DNA of 58,537 nt from the IMG/VR virus record IMGVR_UViG_3300030116_006124, positions 1 through 58,537 of that record; one strand, given 5' to 3'. The position numbers and the translations under genes were made by a program. Below are positions 55,587-58,537 of the stretch, piece after piece. Position 1 is the first letter of the stretch, and each line of letters opens with the position of its first letter. This stretch comes from a virus (lineage: Duplodnaviria; Caudoviricetes). The notes beneath the pieces are model-generated. The model ran no database searches. It was given only the letters and a program-made list of their open reading frames with translations, and was not told the origin of the DNA.

Positions 55587-55889
55587 GTGCAACTTCCAAA
55601 ATCTATATCGATTGCAGGTCAGAGAATAAAACTTGAGTTAGTCCCATTCAATGGGGATAGCCCTGACTTCGGTATGTACTTGCACGATAAAAAGACTATC
55701 GAAATAAATAAAAATATAAAAGGTAAGACTCTTTTACATACAATCAGGCATGAAATGATGGAGGCGAGTTTACTTATAAGTGGAGTAGGGTGGCTTGAGA
55801 ACTACGATCAAGAAGCCGTTGTTCGATGTATGGAGGAGATATTCTTTCCTGCTTGGGAATCTTTCACCAAAAAAATCAATCATGGCTAA
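55587..55889 (+). CDS. Zincin-like (HE motif) small protein
   Basis: LPKSISIAG...FGMY...IEIN...TIRHEMMEA; probable GTG start at 55587. Confidence 0.55.
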   Translation: MQLPKSISIAGQRIKLELVPFNGDSPDFGMYLHDKKTIEINKNIKGKTLLHTIRHEMMEASLLISGVGWLENYDQEAVVRCMEEIFFPAWESFTKKINHG

Positions 55890-56400
55890 GTTTATTGAGA
55901 CGGATTCTTTTGCTTTATATAAACCATCTAGCGAAGACATATCTTTAGCCCATTCTAGAGCTACTGAAATGGGTGTTCTTCCTAACTCATTTACTAAAGG
56001 GATGGGTAGAATGACAGGGTGTTTAGGTGAGATAGCTGTTAACAGGTTTCTTAAAAAAAGCAAATACGTTGGGGATACTTCCTTTACTCACGACATCGAG
56101 CATAAGAAAAAGTTAATTGAGGTAAAGTCAAAAACATGTGCTTCAATCCCTAGACCTGAATATGTTGTCTCTGTTAATTGTGCTAAAGGAGAGATCCCTA
56201 ATAATGATGTTTATTTTTTTACTCGTGTAAGAAAAGATTTAATGATTGTATGGATTTTAGGCTGGTTACCTACAACAAAGTATTTCAAAGTAGCTCAGTT
56301 TATGGACAGAGGACAGCAAGATGAACACGGATTCGTATACAAAGCTGCTGGATACCACACCACTATAGATAATCTTAATACCCCATTTGTATATAGATAA
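55882..56400 (+). CDS. PD-(D/E)XK nuclease-like protein
   Basis: GCLGEIAV...HDI...IEVKSK...YFF...WILGW; probable start MAKFIE. Confidence 0.55.
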   Translation: MAKFIETDSFALYKPSSEDISLAHSRATEMGVLPNSFTKGMGRMTGCLGEIAVNRFLKKSKYVGDTSFTHDIEHKKKLIEVKSKTCASIPRPEYVVSVNCAKGEIPNNDVYFFTRVRKDLMIVWILGWLPTTKYFKVAQFMDRGQQDEHGFVYKAAGYHTTIDNLNTPFVYR

Positions 56401-56401
56401 A

Positions 56402-56683
56402 TTAGGTGTAGGGGCTATCTCCTTCTGCAATAGGTGTAGAGATATATAGAGGATAACCCTTACCACAAGACCCTGCTACATTATACCAAAAGTACTCTGA
56501 TGCTTCGTCCGTAGACATTTCTTCAGACAGAATCTCAATACATTTATCTATTGAATACACGGCTCTCGGCTCTTCACTTTCAGTATCTACTCCTACAAAA
56601 GCAGCATCGAATCCGTCAGGCAATGCTATGCTACAATCAGGAGCTACTATCTCTATGTATTCTTCTATTTGCTCTCTAGTCAT
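56402..56683 (-). CDS. Hypothetical phage protein, paralog of 6499-6762
   Basis: DGFDAAFVG...RAVYSIDKC...EASEYFWYNV.G....YP. Confidence 0.65.
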   Translation of the reverse strand: MTREQIEEYIEIVAPDCSIALPDGFDAAFVGVDTESEEPRAVYSIDKCIEILSEEMSTDEASEYFWYNVAGSCGKGYPLYISTPIAEGDSPYT

Positions 56684-56684
56684 T

Positions 56685-58537
56685 TTATTTAGATTTAATT
56701 TTATCTATATCGTATTTATCTGTTATGTCAATCTCCCACACTTTACCTCCACCAAAACCTAAAGACTTCACGGGCCTTACATGTTTATTAGATTTGCACG
56801 ACTCCTCAATTATTAACATACCTCTTCTCACGAACTCCAAATTGTGAGACATGCCAACACTTCTACCCCCATTGAATTCATGTAAGAGTACTTGAAATTC
56901 AGTTAAAGTTCCTCTCCATTTAGTATCTCCATCCCAATACTCTCTAGCTCTTTTCGAGAAGAATTCTACAAGTTCTGCAATACTACTTCTACTTGAGTTG
57001 TCGTACGCAGCCGACGCTATGGATTTATCTATATAGGACACAACCCCATATCGAGACCTACCTATAATATCTTTTGGCACGTCCCAATCGATTAGCCACT
57101 TAGCGTAGTAAGGAAGCTCTCTAGTTATAATATCCTCCAAATCTGCATTTGGCGGAAAGTTTTTTGTCGAGTCATCGCTAATACGCAAAGCCATTATTTT
57201 ATCTCTGTTACTAGAGTCGAGAGCAGGAATAACACTCAAAGAGTTGGCATCCATATTAAGAGTCAAGACGATACGACCACTCCAAGGAATACTCATTTCA
57301 TCACAATATTTAGCCATATAAGAGATATCTGGATTAGCTACAACCCGTTTAAATATCTCAGTAGCTTTTCTTTGATCTTGAAAACTTGCTGCACTTTTTG
57401 TGTCATCAACACACCAACACGGAACCCTTGCTAGTTCTTTATTAAATGATGTCTGCCCGCAAATGTATTCAGAAGCATCGGAGTATCCACCAACAAGAGC
57501 CCCTATAATCCTTCTCGCTATAAGCGTCTTACCTCTGCCAGTTGGCCCTACAAGAATCAAGCCCTGCCCTTGTTTAGGTACTCTATACAATACTGACTCA
57601 TAGAATCTTTTCATATGAGCATGGAAGTACTCTATCGTAGGTCTTTTATCATTTACAAATAATTGATTTAACCATGCGTGAATAAAGGGCCAGTTTTTCG
57701 GGTCTCCGTTGTCAGCAGGTTCAACAGGATAAATGTTCTGAGAGTTAAGTATACGATGCGAGTTAACTTCGACTACTCTTTCTTTAGACCATATGATAGG
57801 AGCTATTTCGTGAATTCTATTTTCGTTAGATATTGTTAGTATAGCAGCGTCTACTTCTGATATGTGCTGTCCTTTCTTTGGTTTGTACAAGAATCCAGAT
57901 TTCCTAAGTTCTAAAACTAGTTGGTCTTTTGGGATAGGTACGGCTGACCCATGAAGTAGTTTAAAGAAGTTTTTACCATTGAACCAATAGTTATCAAGCA
58001 AGTCTCCTAACTTAGTTGTTTCATAGTCTTCAACAAACTTCTTCCCAAGTATTTCTCGCCATGTTAGAAACCCCTTACCCGCTCTATCACTATAGCATAT
58101 AACACCATCCTCAGTAAGTTGACATCCTTCTCTTTCAATACCGTCATCTATCCAAAACAATGGGCCTCTCTCACCTACAGCAAACTCACCCATCCATCTT
58201 TCAGGAAATCTTTTGAAGACCTCCTGACCAACTACCTCCATAGGAATTGAAGTTTCTGTAGTTTGAGGGGGCTTATCCATAGCTGCTTTTAGCAGCATTG
58301 TCTGCACTACGCTATCTTCTAAAGGATCTCCTATCTTCTTCCAATCCTCTCCTAATTCAAAGTATTGATTAGACTTCAGAGAAGACCTATCAAAACCCGC
58401 AAAGATTCTATCAAGTCTCAGATGTGTACACATCCTCTGCATAAAGGCAGCAAACATATCAGGAGATATAGGAATTTTTTTAAACTCCCAAACTAGTCTC
58501 ATATATCCAGATTGAGTCTTACTAATCCATGTAGGGA
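56685..58537 (-). CDS. Primase-helicase, C-terminal part (P-loop NTPase, DUF5906/SF3-like)
   Basis: LILVGPTGRGKT Walker A, FN, CVDD Walker B, LTLN; open to the contig end and joins 1-395. Confidence 0.82.
   Translation of the reverse strand, partial: PTWISKTQSGYMRLVWEFKKIPISPDMFAAFMQRMCTHLRLDRIFAGFDRSSLKSNQYFELGEDWKKIGDPLEDSVVQTMLLKAAMDKPPQTTETSIPMEVVGQEVFKRFPERWMGEFAVGERGPLFWIDDGIEREGCQLTEDGVICYSDRAGKGFLTWREILGKKFVEDYETTKLGDLLDNYWFNGKNFFKLLHGSAVPIPKDQLVLELRKSGFLYKPKKGQHISEVDAAILTISNENRIHEIAPIIWSKERVVEVNSHRILNSQNIYPVEPADNGDPKNWPFIHAWLNQLFVNDKRPTIEYFHAHMKRFYESVLYRVPKQGQGLILVGPTGRGKTLIARRIIGALVGGYSDASEYICGQTSFNKELARVPCWCVDDTKSAASFQDQRKATEIFKRVVANPDISYMAKYCDEMSIPWSGRIVLTLNMDANSLSVIPALDSSNRDKIMALRISDDSTKNFPPNADLEDIITRELPYYAKWLIDWDVPKDIIGRSRYGVVSYIDKSIASAAYDNSSRSSIAELVEFFSKRAREYWDGDTKWRGTLTEFQVLLHEFNGGRSVGMSHNLEFVRRGMLIIEESCKSNKHVRPVKSLGFGGGKVWEIDITDKYDIDKIKSK
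58438..58537. repeat. Terminal direct repeat (assembly overlap), right copy
   Basis: Matches 1-100 with one mismatch. Confidence 0.95.

Noticed and set aside
1049-57603. Numerous antisense or nested ORFs in the track (e.g. 1049-1288, 7706-8113, 13259-13729, 17678-18250, 45885-46346, 57400-57603)
   Set aside because: They lie opposite or inside well-supported genes and have shadow-ORF composition.
1-58537. Prophage, integrase, tRNA genes or alternative genetic code
   Set aside because: No host genes or integrase motifs; no cloverleaf or T-loop pattern noticed by eye (tRNAscan not run); long genes are intact in code 11 and all three stop codons are used.

Overview
This window is an apparently complete, circularly permuted genome of a tailed dsDNA phage (58,437 bp plus a 100-bp terminal overlap). 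It is probably podovirus-like, has no integrase, and likely infects a Gram-negative host; the gene families resemble those of uncultured aquatic phages. Replication module (minus strand): AEP primase fused to a P-loop helicase (split across the contig ends), family A DNA polymerase, SSB-like protein, Cas4-like nuclease, SF2 helicase and RuvC-like resolvase. Packaging and virion genes: terminase, a 2881-aa polyvalent internal virion protein with an ART-like module, portal, scaffold, major capsid, tail/fibre genes and a GT25 glycosyltransferase. Lysis genes: holin-like proteins, an overlapping spanin-like pair and an amidase. The most unusual part is the presumed early region (about 24.4-33.3 kb). 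There, 17 copies of the 19-bp palindrome TTAACAACT[C/G/T]AGTTGTTAA cut the DNA into one-gene (or one-hairpin) cassettes and often supply the stop codons. The array is headed by a ~600-nt ORF-free segment with many long-range, crossing complementary helices (candidate large ornate ncRNA) and a parS-like site abutting the last palindrome. It ends at a GATC-rich DUF3150-like/MoxR-AAA/vWA-peptidase operon. All family assignments come from reading motifs by eye, not from database searches.
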